Positions 25,690 through 38,876 of a stretch of 64,000 bases of DNA are shown in pieces. A program made the translations under genes and the position numbers. Source of the stretch: Octopus vulgaris (Eukaryota); NCBI GenBank assembly GCA_951406725.2, contig OX597817.1, positions 95,914,001-95,978,000 of the forward strand, read 5' to 3'. Numbering within the stretch: the stretch's first letter is position 1; every line of letters starts with the position of its first letter. Under the pieces are notes generated by a model that saw nothing but the letters and a program-made list of their open reading frames with translations, did not search any database and was not told the DNA's origin.

Positions 25690-28600
25690 CGAGGAATTAA
25701 TGAAATATATAATAACACGCACAAACATTGCACCAAAAGATTTTGTCACACCCACATTCTCCCTACCTGCACACATACAAATCATTCAAACAACACAAAA
25801 CATATACACACACTTAAAAACCCATTGCCCACAGGAAATCGGAGATTTTCGAGGGAATATCACCAAGATAATTCTTGGTGATTTGCTGTTGGAAACACCC
25901 CAAGCCAATAGGAGGGACGGGCAATCTGCCCCTCCAAACAAAGCCAAGTAAATTTTCCCTTTCATTTCGTCTCTTTTTCCGACAACATGGTTATGTACAA
26001 AATAAGCGGCGTGAATGTACATCAGCTGGGGTCGCCTTGGAAGCGGGGTCACCTGCTCAACGACCTCAGGGAACTAAATGTGGACGTGGTGGCAATTAGC
26101 GAAAGCAGAATTTCCGACCCACGGGACTTTCGACCTATTTTCGGTGACTCCAAGTCGTCCGGGGGCGGGAGGCAGAGTCGCCGTGATAGTTCAGAAAAAG
26201 CTGGGTCTTGCAATACAGACGATCTTCCTGGACCCAGTATGTAAGTCGTTGGTCCTGGACGTGAAAGACAGCAAAGGACTTACTTTTAGGCCAGTTGTCG
26301 TCTATGCCCCGTAAAAGGCAGGGCGACCAGATTTCTTCAGACGCCTGGATACTTTCCTGGGAACTCCCCACTCTTAAATATTAGTGGGGGTTAGAATGGA
26401 GTTTTAGACGTAAAGTGGGACTGTGTAGGTTTAGCAGATAGGAGAGTAGGGTGCGAAAGCCTCGCAAACTTGCTCAGACGATTCCAACTGTCAGGCAGGT
26501 ATCGACTGGATTTCCCGGAGGTGTCAGTGTGAACCTGGTCAAACTGCATCGGGTCATCCAGATCGTATCTAAGGCATTTTGTAGAGTAGCTGATAAGGAT
26601 AGCATAGGTTGTCCACAGTTTAAAGCAGTCTACTATACAGACCACAAAATTCGTGATCTGTACAGTTGACCTAGATAGGCTACTGGTTACTGGAACTGAA
26701 CACGTCGTTGCCGGCGCGTAAAGGTTTCACAAACCGGATTAGTGAACTAGTTGATGAGGGCAATAATCCAAAACAAATGGTGGTTCGCACTTAAAAGAAT
26801 CAATAAGGTTTAGTAAAGGACTAGCAGTAGAACAAAACACTGATAGTCAAGAACTTAGACAAGACTTTTAGAAAAAGCATCGCGACCGACGTGCTCGCAT
26901 CGAGACTGGCACTCGACCAATTCTTCAACGCGAAACACGAAGGTTGCGATGTCATGGCTAAGGCACGAGCACTTAGATACGAAAGGACGAAAGCCGTTCA
27001 ATGGGCCCGAGTGGCAGAGGCACAGCGTGGCATTAAATCCACGATCCGATCCTTATCGAAGGGCAAATGATATCTGATCCGGGACAGATATGTGAGGCCT
27101 TTCAGCGGCGCTTCGTATAACTGTTCGGGAGCAGCGGTGAGCTGGGTCGCAGGATCGATTTCACGTCCTACCTCGATGGGTTGCCACGGCTCTTGGAGAC
27201 GGAGGCGGAGCGCTGCGAAAGCCGATAACAGCCTTTGAAATACGGGAAGCAATGGCTAGCTGCACGAGGGGTAAATCGCCTAGTTTGCATGGTCTGCCCT
27301 AGGAGCTTTACGCTTACATGCCAGACTTGTTCGGTGACCTCTTAGCAAACATTTACTGCAACTGGCAACAGAATGGGAGAATTCCTAGTTTTGTGAGCCG
27401 AGGCGCGGTGGCGTTGCTGAGAAAAGACCCGAACAAAGGGGATTGCTTTGACAACTTTAAGCCCATAACTCTGCTGAATGCAGAATTAAAAAATTTGGCC
27501 AAGGTATTAGCTACGAAGTTGGCGCTTGTCGTCGGGGATCTGGTAGGGGAGGCACAGACATGTGCCGAAAAGATCCATGTACGACAAAATTCACCTCATG
27601 CGATACATCACTGAAAAAGTGGCTAAAGAATCTGGCACGGGTAGGGTCCTGATCAATTTAGATCAGTCTAAAACTTTCGATAGGGTCAATCATCTATACA
27701 TGACAGCGGTCCTGAAGGCAGTTGGTTGCGGGCCTGTATTCAGAGGCTGGATCGATGCAATGCGCAGCAACATCTGTTCAATGGTCAGAGTGAACGGTCA
27801 CTTCTCAGAGCCGTTCAGCATCATGCGCTTGGTCCGGCAAGTTTCCCCCTCTCATCTCTCTTGTCCCTACTGACTCTCGAGTCACTAATATACAAGCTAG
27901 AAACGTTGAGAGGCATGTCACGTGACCTAGGACGTAGGAGGTGAGTGTTGGCATGTATCGACGACGTGACCGTAGTGGTGTCGGGTCATAAACACATAGA
28001 AATGATCGGCAACGCTCTCAAGAACTACGACGCGGTTTCAGGAGCAATAGTTAAACAGGAATAATCAGTGGGCTTGCGGTTCGGCACCTGGAGAAGCAAG
28101 TCCATGTCGTCCAGCTGCATTGTTGTGTACTGAGCGGACGGACCGGTTAAAATGCTCGGGGTCTGGTTTGGTCTAGATCTCCAGATGGACAAAGACTAGG
28201 ACGAGGTAACGAGCAGGGTGACTACTCTCCCCCAGAAACGGGCCGAGAGAAAGATATCCCTGAAAGGTCGGGAAGAGGTGGCTAACGCGTATATCGTGTC
28301 CGTCATCTACTATCGTTTGACAGTGGTGCCTTGTCCTGGCCACCGTCTGATTACGCTGGAGCGTATACTCTTCCGCTTCTTGTGAAAGAGACGCGTTCCG
28401 ATGGTGATGCGGTCTATCTGCTGTCCGATCTGCTGCGTGGTGGACTGGTAATGCCGTAGTCGATGATGCACAGACATGCGCTGAGGCTACGATATCTCAA
28501 GTGCTTCCTTGACGATGAACAAGTGTGGTCGCTGTTCGCCAAACATATATTTCCGCTGCTAGTTTCCTTAGCGGAGTTGCAGCCCTGGATAAAACAGAGA

Positions 28601-28841
28601 CCGAGGTGTGGGGCTTTTGGAAAGTTGAATGTCTTCAAGCACTCACAGCCCTCAGCCAATCGGACAGTGCGATAGGTGGAATGTCCACTTTAGCTTTTAT
28701 AGAAGATTAGTGAAAGAAAAATGCGACGACTTTCTTTGGGAGACCTTGGGCGTCGAAGAAGATCAGCTAGTCGCTCTTTTCCGGAGAACTTTCGGGCCGG
28801 GACCAACGGATAATTTCCAAAAGTCTCTGGCTTGGCAGTGC
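25690..28841 (+). mobile_element. Second Tx1/L1-clade LINE, degenerate (ORF1 tail + ORF2), broken near the 3' end
   Basis: LGSPWKRGHLLNDLR, YYTDHK, FKPITLLNAELK, LDQSKTFDRV, FQKSLAWQC. Confidence 0.9.
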
Positions 28842-29688
28842 TTAACTGAACATTTCACTACTCCTCCGTATCACCTAAGATCGAACGGACAAGCTGAACG
28901 CTTTGTGGACACGTTCAAAAGGGTGCTAAGGAAAACAAGAAATGATGTAGCATTGCAACAGTTCCTGAGAGTTTACTGTGTAACGCTAAACCCAAATACT
29001 CCTTCAGGCAAGTCGCCTGTTGAACTGATGTTTGCAAGAAAAATTGAATCAGTTTTTGACAAATTACTATCTGGGAGAAAAACATGAACAAGTATTTAGA
29101 AACTGATGATAAGCTGTTTTTCAGAGTGTACAGAAATGGGAAAGTAAGTTGGGAAGACGGCGAAAAACGGATCAGTAAAATGACGTACACGGTGAAAGTT
29201 TAGAGGCACGAATCAGCCGAAAAGAAGGTTTGCTGAAGAAAGTGTTACAAGGAAAGAAGTACTCATGGAAGTTCACTACGATACTTTTGATGTACCGACT
29301 CCACAAGAAATCATCGAACCAAGGCGAACTAGTACAAGAAAAAGAAAACATACAGAATTGTTGCAGGTAATTCCAAAGCGGAAAAATGTTAAGCTTCCGA
29401 GAGAAGTAAATCTCTAAAAGGGAGATTTGGTGTGAAAAAAATATTTATTCACTTACAACGGAAGTCAATCTCAAAAGAAGAGATGTGGTGATAGACAGTA
29501 ACATACTTGTGTGATACCAATACCTCTACTAATTTACTTGATGTAAGTGTGGGAGGGTGTATGTTTGAAACACAAAATATATTTATAATATATTTGGCTG
29601 CACCACCCCACGTACATTTTATTAACATAGGTGATTATTAGATACATAATGCAATTTATATAATCATGACTTTATTGTAATATCATCA
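28839..29688 (+). mobile_element. Gypsy integrase C-terminal half, with putative PPT and short 3' LTR (about 29484-29688)
   Basis: EHFTTPPYHLRSNGQAERFVDTFKRVL, SGKSPVELMFARKI; purine tract then TG...CA (LTR limits tentative). Confidence 0.8.
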
Positions 29689-29860
29689 TTATACGTAGCA
29701 GGGGACTATTTTCCAAACACACACACACACACACACACACACTAACACACACACACGCGCATGCACATACACACAAGTGTGTATGTGAGTAAAATATATA
29801 TATATTTTAACAGCGCCGGGTCGCGAGACTATACATACATACATACATACATACATACAT

Positions 29861-29940
<80 letters not shown>

Positions 29941-29943
<3 letters not shown>

Positions 29944-30322
29944 GCAGGAGGCGCAGGAATGGCTGTGTGGTAAGTAGCTTGCATCCCAGCCACATGGTTC
30001 CAGGTTCAGTCCTATAGTGTGGCACCTTGGGCAAGAGTCTTCTGCTATAGCATCGGGCCGACCAAAGCCTTGTGATGGAAACTGAAAGAAGCCCATCGTA
30101 TATATATGTATGTATGTGTTTGTTGTTTGTGTCTGTATTTGCCCGCCCCCACCGCTTGACAACCGCTGCTTGAGTGTCTACGACCCCGTCACTTAGCGGT
30201 CTGCAAAAAGGGAACGATAGAATAAGTACTAGGCTTACAAAGATAAGTCTGGGGTCGATTTTATTCGACTAAAGGTGGTGCTCCAGCATGACCGCAGTCA
30301 AATGACTGAAACAAGTAAAAGA

Positions 30323-30323
<1 letters not shown>
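29941..30323 (+). mobile_element. CORE-type tRNA SINE
   Basis: GGCGCAGGA.TGGCTGTGTGGTAAG head; homologous to 3386-3815. Confidence 0.88.
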
Positions 30324-30371
<48 letters not shown>

Positions 30372-30374
<3 letters not shown>

Positions 30375-30585
30375 AAATGTGACCGCGAGTGTACTGTTGG
30401 CGATTTTTTTTCCTCCGTCTTCCTTTCTCTGGATCTTTCCTTTTCCTATGTTTCTGACGAAGAGCTCTGCTCCAAACGTTAAACCCTCCTTCTTTCCTTC
30501 TTTCCTGAGCGTCCAATAACACTATACTTGTTCCACGTTCACGCGTTGTTGTGTTTTCTCTTTGTGTTTTCATGTTTGGATTAAC

Positions 30586-30587
<2 letters not shown>
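30372..30587 (+). mobile_element. ~210-bp hammerhead-containing repeat in (TA)n; motif at 30450-30484
   Basis: GTTT-CTGACGA-A-GAGC-TCT-GCTC-CAAAC-GTT-AAAC; copy of 8755-8965; (TA)n on both sides. Confidence 0.75.
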
Positions 30588-30649
<62 letters not shown>

Positions 30650-30779
30650 AGAAATTAAAAAAGGAAAATACGCACTCTTTACATAGTTTTAATATAATTT
30701 TTAATATACCGAACGGTTTCGCTATTGCTATTCATGATATTATGTTTTACTTATTTGAATGGGCATTTTCTTAAGAAAT

Positions 30780-31440
30780 GCAGTGTGCATCAAGGAAGGA
30801 CACAGATCAGTGACCTGATTTCTCTAGTATGAAGATGTGTCAGGGGCTAAAGTTCATTGCAGGCCTTCAGTACAATGCACGAGCTGCACTCAAGCGTTTT
30901 GAATTGTCTATGAGTGGAAAAGAAATTAAAGACTCGAGCTTTCACAGACAATACGGTGCTAACCGTTTGGAGGGGAGGCAAAAGTGTCTAGTCTAGAAAT
31001 TTACCCGGAAAAGGTGTCTACAGTCACCAGTGTAGGCTAATTTTAAACGCTGGTCAGCAAATTGAAACCAGCAATAGCACCAAATGCCGAGGTCTATTTT
31101 CAAAGCAAGCATTGTAACTATGGAAAACCGGGTTTCGAGTTCCTGGAGCACTCCGCACACAGTCCCGATCTCGCCACTACGACTATCACCTCTTTGGACC
31201 AATCAAACATCCTTTATGACGTCGTCGATTTGCTACGGACGAAGAAGCGTGCATAGAAGGCTGCGCACCCAGCCACGCGCATTCTTCTCTGATGAAATAA
31301 GCCAGCTTGTGAACCCCTGGAAGAAGTGCGGAAGAAGAGCAAGAAGGCTATAATCGAAAATAATGTAATCGTTCAACATCTGCTTTTGTTTTAATAAATT
31401 ACTGAAACAAAAGTGCATATAATTTTTTACTTACCCTAGT
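30780..31440 (+). mobile_element. Internally deleted mariner transposon relic
   Basis: LEHSAHSPDLA (YSPDLAP-like), LRTQPRAFFSDEISQLVNPWKKC; N-terminal HTH-like remnant. Confidence 0.75.
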
Positions 31441-31476
31441 ATATAATATAACTCATGAAAAAAAACTGCAAGAATT

Positions 31477-32022
31477 GCTTTTTATAACATTATTTTAAAA
31501 CATTCTAAATATTCCTGAAAACATATTTAGGTGCCCAGCATCACCACGACCTCTGACTGAAACAAGTAAACTCGAATTAAGTTCAAGACTTAAAATCATT
31601 CTTTACTTCATAATTTATTCAGTTATAGTAGCTTCAAATCAATCAAAATCATAGAAGCTCGTCAGTTTTCAAATTTTTTTTTTCTTTTTTAGTGATGTGT
31701 TTATTTGTTGATGCAAAATTATTGCTAGCATTACAATAACTCCGGTTCCTGTTTATATATAAAGAAACCAATGAGAGAAGTTCTCAATATTTCCTGAAAG
31801 GAGTGAATGTATTTACTATCTTTCACAAAACCTGGAGAATACTTCAGCCTCGTTGGATAACAGGATAATAGGTTTCAGATTGCTAGACATGCACTTGTTG
31901 ATTCTAACATCCTAGATATGATGGAATTTTATTGAAATAACACTCCCAAACATTATCTAGTTTATTATAAAGGATGTTCATGAAATTATAAACAAATTAA
32001 ATACGTCGCTTCAATTATTTAC
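31477..32022 (+). repeat. Non-TE paralogous block, homologous to the receptor-like pseudogene 3' end and flank
   Basis: Aligns to the reverse complement of about 48295-48780 and directly to 4110-4443. Confidence 0.8.
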
Positions 32023-32134
32023 GATTCGTTAAAAAATGATGATGGTGATGGTAATGATACGGACACAACGATGACGACAATGATCATGATAGCAATGTTG
32101 AGTTTGATACTGATATTTTTAGTAATATCCACAC

Positions 32135-32560
32135 GCGTGGCTGTGTGATAAGAAGATTGCTTCCCAACTACATGGTTCCGGGTTCAGTCCCACTGTGTGA
32201 CACATTGACACAGTATTTTCCAATTATAGCCTAGGGCCTACCAAATCTTTGTGAGTCGATTTGGCAGACGGAAACAGAAAGGAACTTGTCGTATATATAA
32301 ATATACGTGCGTGCGTGTGAGTCTGTGTATGTATGTGTATGTATGTATGTATGTATGTATGTATGTATGTATGTATGTATGTATGTATGTATGTGTATGT
32401 ATGTATGTAGGTATGTAGGTGGGGAGGTAGGTAGGTAGGTAGGTAGGTAGATAGGTAGGTAGGTAGATAGATTTGACAACTGATGTTTGTGTGTTTATGC
32501 CCCCGTAAATTAGTGGTTTGGCAAAAATGACCGATAAAATATATACCACGCTTAATATAA
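32135..32560 (+). mobile_element. CORE-type SINE, diverged, with internal (GTAT)n/(GTAG)n
   Basis: GGCTGTGTGATAAG..GGTTCCGGGTTCAGTCCCACTG. Confidence 0.75.
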
Positions 32561-32756
32561 TAAAATATAATAACGATAGTGCATCCAGAACTACCTCGTT
32601 GTGTGCGAACATACCCGATTTCATTATTATATTTATGAGTTTCACAATGTCAATAATAGAGTTAAATTTTTGTTTCTTTATTAAAAGATTAAGGAAACTT
32701 CTACACGGTTGCTCAAATATTGGTTATGGAAGATTGTAATAGCAAAAGTATTTATT

Positions 32757-32882
32757 ATACGAGGTGCATTCAAAAGTATCCGACTTTATTTTCTTACCGC
32801 CAAAACTAATAACTCGTGGACAAATGACTAGCATACAGACACGCAGTACGCATTCGTCGGATTTTCGTTTTCACGCAATATG

Positions 32883-32916
<34 letters not shown>

Positions 32917-33150
32917 TGTATGTATGTATGTATGTATGTATGTATGTATGTATGTATGTATGTACGTATGTATGTACGTATGTATGACCGAACTCATCGT
33001 ATAGAGATCGGCGACGATGTTCTTCATGAAGTCTGGGTCGTATGTACAGGTTTGCATGTACAGAGCGACTTTCATGCACGATGCGTCTGGTGAAAACGAA
33101 AATCCGACGAGTGCGCAGTACATGCCTGTACTCTTGGTGTAACAGCCGAG
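32757..33150. mobile_element. Mariner-type end/MITE with an internal 24-bp inverted repeat
   Basis: TACGAGG..TCAAAAGT TIR-like start; GCATTCGTCGGATTTTCGTTTTCA (32850) vs TGAAAACGAAAATCCGACGAGTGC (33091). Confidence 0.5.
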
Positions 33151-33609
33151 AGCTGATGCGACCTATCGGCGCATAGATTTAAGATATTTCAGTTTTTGTT
33201 TTACCTTATTGTAGAGAACGAGAAAGAGGTGTTGATCTAGCACTTAAAAATATTGCTATCATGTTTAATCAATAAAATTGAAAATCAATTGGGTTTTTTA
33301 AGGTAATTAGTAACACGTTCACTTAGTGTATGATATATGCGGTCGTCGAATTCTATCGGAGCGCCTCTTGTGCTAAAGGGTAGTGGATTGATAAGATCAG
33401 TAGAACGGGAGGCTAAAGTATTGCAGTCATTAATTACATCCTTTATATTTTTAAAGTCAAATGAAACTCATCAATTTCTTTTGATCTTACTCCGGGAATC
33501 GATAAAATAAGTACCCAAATAAATGTACCAAATAAATCAGCTGAGAGTCCCTTCTCTGTATGTGATCCAGAATCTTAGTACGTGTAGAAGCAGCACAGCA
33601 CCTTTTGTT

Positions 33610-34455
33610 CAATTTTGTTACCTCAACTTAAATGCATACGCTCCCGCACTAGCATGGCCATACAAACATCCGTGTGCAATTATACATGCACACATAAATA
33701 TTTCCCTTCCCTTTCGAAAAAGTATCAATGTTACAATTTCTGATTGCCTTTTCGTATGATTTTTGGATTTGTGCATATGATGCAAACCAATTTCTTCATT
33801 GTTTTATATTATTCATTAGGCGAATTTTATCAGGGCAAATCCAAAGATAACTTTTATATGTTGTAGGAAATGATATTACATATAAACTCCAGAAATAGAG
33901 CAAATGATGTAAAAATTAAATACAGTAAAGGAGAAAAACCCCTGACATTTGAAAAATCAAATAACAGTAATTAGAACTGCTAGGGTTTCCATAGGATAAT
34001 TGTATTTAATGTCGTGTCCCCACGAGAGATACTGAAAATATATCAGAAAAAATATTTAGATGAATTTTGTGTTTTATAATATCCATTGAAAATAAGGTCA
34101 ATATTTGGTAAAAAGAGGAAAAATTTGAGGAGACACTTTTAGTGTTTAGATGAATTTATTTAAACTTAACTGTCACAAACTTCGAGCTCAGCTAAATAAT
34201 ATAACAATTAGGTCATGTATCTCAATTTATGAAATATAAAACCTCTATTAATACGATATTTGATACGCCCTATTTTTAATAGATAAAGGAATGCGAAGTA
34301 TCTCTTACGATAGTTTTCAACTGAAACTTGATATAGGTCAGCGAATTCCAGTAAAATTTATTTAGCAATGCAGTCGATTGCCTCCAAACCATGTATACGT
34401 AAGTTCAATTTTTGCGTGAGTATTCCTGCATAACGCTGTGTATACATTTATATTT
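33610..34455 (-). promoter_or_regulatory. Conserved paralogous block, candidate promoter/non-coding first exon
   Basis: Aligns to 51145-51300 plus 52900-53547; on the minus strand both copies have TATAAA followed about 140-160 nt later by a GTAAGA donor-like motif. Confidence 0.45.
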
Positions 34456-35299
34456 CGTAATCATGTACGTATTTTCCAGGAAAGCAACCTTAGAAGTGCA
34501 CGCACTCACACACATACATGCTCATAATTACGCACATGCAAAAGCATAGATATGTATATTCTTATACACGCATACCTATATATATACATTTATATATGAC
34601 AGAAGAGCTAAGTTCGCACAAGTACCCGGATTTTAATCACCATGTGCGGTATTTTGAGCAGCTGTCACGTTTTGAAAGTCTCGCGTCAATCTTGTAAGCT
34701 CTGTGAGTATAATTGTGATTGATAAACATTGTATGAAAACCCATAGGAGAGAATTTCGGGTAATTTAAATTCCACCCTTGCCACACCCTTGTCACACGCT
34801 GATTCTACTTGAGAACTGCGCTAAGGATACATGTAACTGTAGAATATAGAATATTCAGTGATTTACACATAAAATTAATGGGCAGGTTGTTCAGATGATT
34901 GAACAGTTGAATATTCATTGGTGATATATATATATCATAAAAGAAGGAAAGTGCACACAGTTTACATAGTTTTAATATATTGAAGTTATAGTAATTTCGT
35001 ATTTTCTTAAGATTTTAGTCCATGCTTCACAAACTTGAAGCAATCAACAAATGGAAAAACGTAAGGTGAGGTAATTGGTGACAGTTATTAGTCAGGACAG
35101 TGGCGGTAATTGCTCATTTTGGGAGTGGGATAAATAAACATACAAAAACACATAAGCTAAAGTAGTGAGATAAAATATGTACACACTGAGACCAAAGTTC
35201 ATATTTAGGCGTGTTCTGTATTTTTCGATAAATAAATTTTCATTATTTAAACGTTCTTGTACAGAAATTGTTCCTTCGCACTAGCAGACGGGGAAAACT

Positions 35300-35960
35300 A
35301 TGAAATTTGGGTGACGGTCCCCTACAAATCTATGTGTTCACTCAAAGTTATCCGTCTATACTTTGTTCCTTATGTTGTGTGATTTTCTGTCTAAGTGCCA
35401 TACTTGTCTATCCTATATAGTTATGTCCACAACCTGAACTAGTTAAATTCTCGTATGCACAAGTGAAGTTGGTCTTAATTGTGAACCTCTCTCCTTGTTT
35501 GAACTGGAATTCCGAGCCATCAAGTAGGTTGGGGCATGTTCCACAGTTTGCGCGTTCACATTTTTTAGTATGTATCTACTCTACTACATCCACCTGTCTG
35601 TCTTTCCTCCAGGCTATAGTATAAGATTCGTAGTCTAACCTCATTCGTGGTTGTTGTGTAAAGTGTCGCATTTGTTAGAAGTCTTTACAGCGATTTGGGT
35701 TGCTTTTTACATTTGAGGAATTTATATGTTTTCTGAATGTTGATCATTTTTAGATCCCTAGAGATAGATATTTTACAATAGGATTATATGCCTCATTGTT
35801 TCTAGGGTTGTGAATTGATATATACGGTAGTATTTTGAGATGAGGTGTGGTATTTCGTTTTCTTTGCCCTAGTGTTTTAATGCCTATTTTCTTATATATA
35901 TATTTTTTCTTTACATTACAACTCACCACGTGGGGACAATCGAAATTATCTTCCTTCCTT
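35300..35960 (-). mobile_element. Penelope-like 3' fragment (GIY-YIG)
   Basis: ILPYISIHNPRN, KKCERANCGTCPNL, IKTNFTCA, GCGHNYIG. Confidence 0.8.
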
Positions 35961-35994
35961 TTCTTACTATACACACACACATACACACACACAG

Positions 35995-36099
<105 letters not shown>

Positions 36100-36154
36100 A
36101 AAGTAAAAGTGAAAAAGTAAACCGTTTTTGCATCACTTGAAAAGGACATTTAAT

Positions 36155-37400
36155 TTATACAGAGAATATAGATATACAGAGCCTCTTACAGCTGTTTCTA
36201 GAATTCCATAGGCTGAGTAAACCGTCATCAGAGAGGGAGAAGTAAGAGAGATGTAAAAGCGAGGGAAAATCCTCAATCAATGATGCTAGTGTGTCCCAGT
36301 TGTCAAGAATGGGGGTAGGATCAGAGTAAAATAGGAATGCGTTAGGTAGATCCATGATCAAGTGAGAAATACAGTTATAGGTAATATTCAATAGCACCTT
36401 CAAATGTAAATGTTCGATGAAAATTAGTGGTAAGAAACAGTGGAAATTACCAGTTTCAGTTTTGAATAGAGAATGAATGAGGTTAGAAAAGGAATCTTAT
36501 ACTATAGCCTAGAGGAAATACAGACAGATGGATGTAGTAGAGTAGATACATGCTAATTAGTATAGTGGAGGTATGCATGTCGAGAGAGGTTAGGGGGTGC
36601 ATGTATAGAGACAGATACATAAAGAGATGAAGACTAGCAGATGTCATATGATGTCAAATGACTACCAAAGCTGTCAGAGTTAGCAAAATGGGAGGGAGTG
36701 CTAGTAATGATAAAGCGGTTGTAAAAGATAATGAAGATATCGCGATAAAGGGTTCCTTATAATAGTGGAAGTGAGTGGATATTAAGGACTCGCCTGGTGC
36801 TAGAAATATATTATATAAAAAAAAATTAAATGTGTGGTGTTAATGAAGGTGTATGCTCATTGGAAACCGAGATGTGAAAATGAAGATTTAAAACGATAAC
36901 TCAAAGCTAAGTCAAAGGTAGATATATATAAATAAATAGATTAGGGATATATATTTACTAAGTTTAGGTATAGTGAAATTAAAGGAACCAGGAATGAAGA
37001 AAATACAGTGCCAATGGGCAATAGGAGCTTAATATATTAAGCAAATTAGTGAAGAGAGCTGGAAAGATTGATTATGTATATGCATTTTATTAATTCGCAT
37101 ATGGCACCAAACCATGAGGAGAGAGGCCTAGTGTTGTTCTATCAATTACGAGGGTGTTGCAGCTGAGAGGATATCTTATTAATTATAATCTAGTTGAAAG
37201 GTGTTAAATATGGAATAAAGGAGAGAAAGAGGATCTACAGAGGAAGAAAAAGATATGAGGAAATTTAATTAGGTATGATGCCTAAGCTAAATGTTAGTGA
37301 GAATTAGAATTAGTTGCTTTACTGCACCTAGACCTGTGGTGGAACTTCAATGACAAAATGTCTGGATACACGTAGAGAAGGCTTTATGCTGCTTGTTTAA
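36155..37400 (-). mobile_element. Degenerate Penelope-like element with pseudo-LTR
   Basis: Weak GIY-YIG-like remnants plus a terminal hammerhead motif. Confidence 0.5.
36182..36236 (-). ncRNA. Type I hammerhead ribozyme motif with intact core
   Basis: Reverse complement CCTCT-CTGATGA-[26 nt]-GAAA-CAGCTG-TA-AGAGG; 5-bp stem I, palindromic stem III, GUA triplet; stem II weak. Confidence 0.75.
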
Positions 37401-37653
37401 TAATTGTGTATGGTTATTGTGACAAGATTTAAAGACATTCTTACAAACATATCCAGCAGGGGATATGTTGGCTTTGATATGGAGCGCCCAAGTCTATTAT
37501 GGAATAATTTATGTCCTCCTAAGGTAGTGTATATTCTCTGCGAGAGAAGTGGATTTATGTTTTTCTTATTTAAAATGCGCAAAGTGTCTATTAATTTCAA
37601 AGATACACTGCGCATTGAAACTCTTAAATATGAAACACATGCACACGCACACA

Positions 37654-37692
<39 letters not shown>

Positions 37693-37859
37693 ATTGTTTG
37701 GTTTGCTTATTGGTATAATATAACTCTTATACAAGTAAAATGAATTCTGTCTTCTTCACTGAGGTTTAGTGGGTTATATTTTTATCGTCTAATACTGAAG
37801 GCCTAATTCACATTTACAGTTACAGTAACAACAACAACAAATAGTAGTAGTAATAGCCT

Positions 37860-38719
37860 GGCATCATCATGACTGTGTTGAGAAAGAGGAAAAAATGCAC
37901 GAAAAAAGAAAAGGTATGGAAAAGAAAACTTATGCAGTCAATTTGCAAGAGATACGCAATCAAAGACAGATACAGAAGGCTGGTAGTTATCAATGCAAAG
38001 GAGTGACTTAAAGATAGAAACAGAAGCACTTATATGCGCGGCACAAGATTAAGCATTGAGGACAAACTATGTGAAGAGCAGTATTGATAAAACAACTGAG
38101 GCGACAAATGAAGAATTGTGCTACACACAGTAGCATATTGCAAGTGAGTGCTAAAAATTGACACAAAGTGAATATAAAAGATGGCATGAAAAAGTGGAAA
38201 GAATGATCCATTGTGCAAATTATGGCCTAGAAAGATCAAAAACATAGTACGACCAATCTCAGAAGGAGCTAATAAGAATGAGGACTGCGAAATCCTCCGG
38301 GGTTCAATGATACAGTGTGACCATCAGATCAGACATCGGAAAGACGACATTGTTGTAATGAAGAGAAGAGAAAAAACATGCTTCGTAATCAACATAGCAT
38401 GTCCTGGTGACAACAGTATTGAAGAGGAAGAACAAGTGAAGAGGAAATAAGCAAGTTGTGGGAAATGAAGAAAGTGACATGATACTAATTGTAATTGGTG
38501 CACTTGGTAGTATTAGTGCCCAACTACCAACATGGCTCAAGAAGATTGGAATGAACATAAAGATAGAACACCTACAAAAATCACCATTGCTTGGAACTAC
38601 GGGAGTACTCAGCATGTATTTTGAAACATTATCAGTAAACAAGTGTCATCTTAGTCTGTAGGCTGTGGGCAGCTCACACTGGCCGTCATATTCAGCAAAA
38701 TAAAGCTGAAAATGTTCAT

Positions 38720-38720
<1 letters not shown>
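37860..38720 (+). mobile_element. R4/Dong-type 3' fragment, highly degenerate
   Basis: IQCDHQIRHRKDDIVV..CFVINIACPGD, IVIGALGSI, EHLQKSPLLGT. Confidence 0.8.
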
Positions 38721-38776
<56 letters not shown>

Positions 38777-38790
38777 CAATAATAATGACG

Positions 38791-38874
<84 letters not shown>

Positions 38875-38876
38875 GA

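Noticed and set aside
28629-29087. 152-aa ORF fusing Tx1 and integrase sequence as a novel protein
   Set aside because: Chance in-frame junction of two decayed elements; see the split-Gypsy finding
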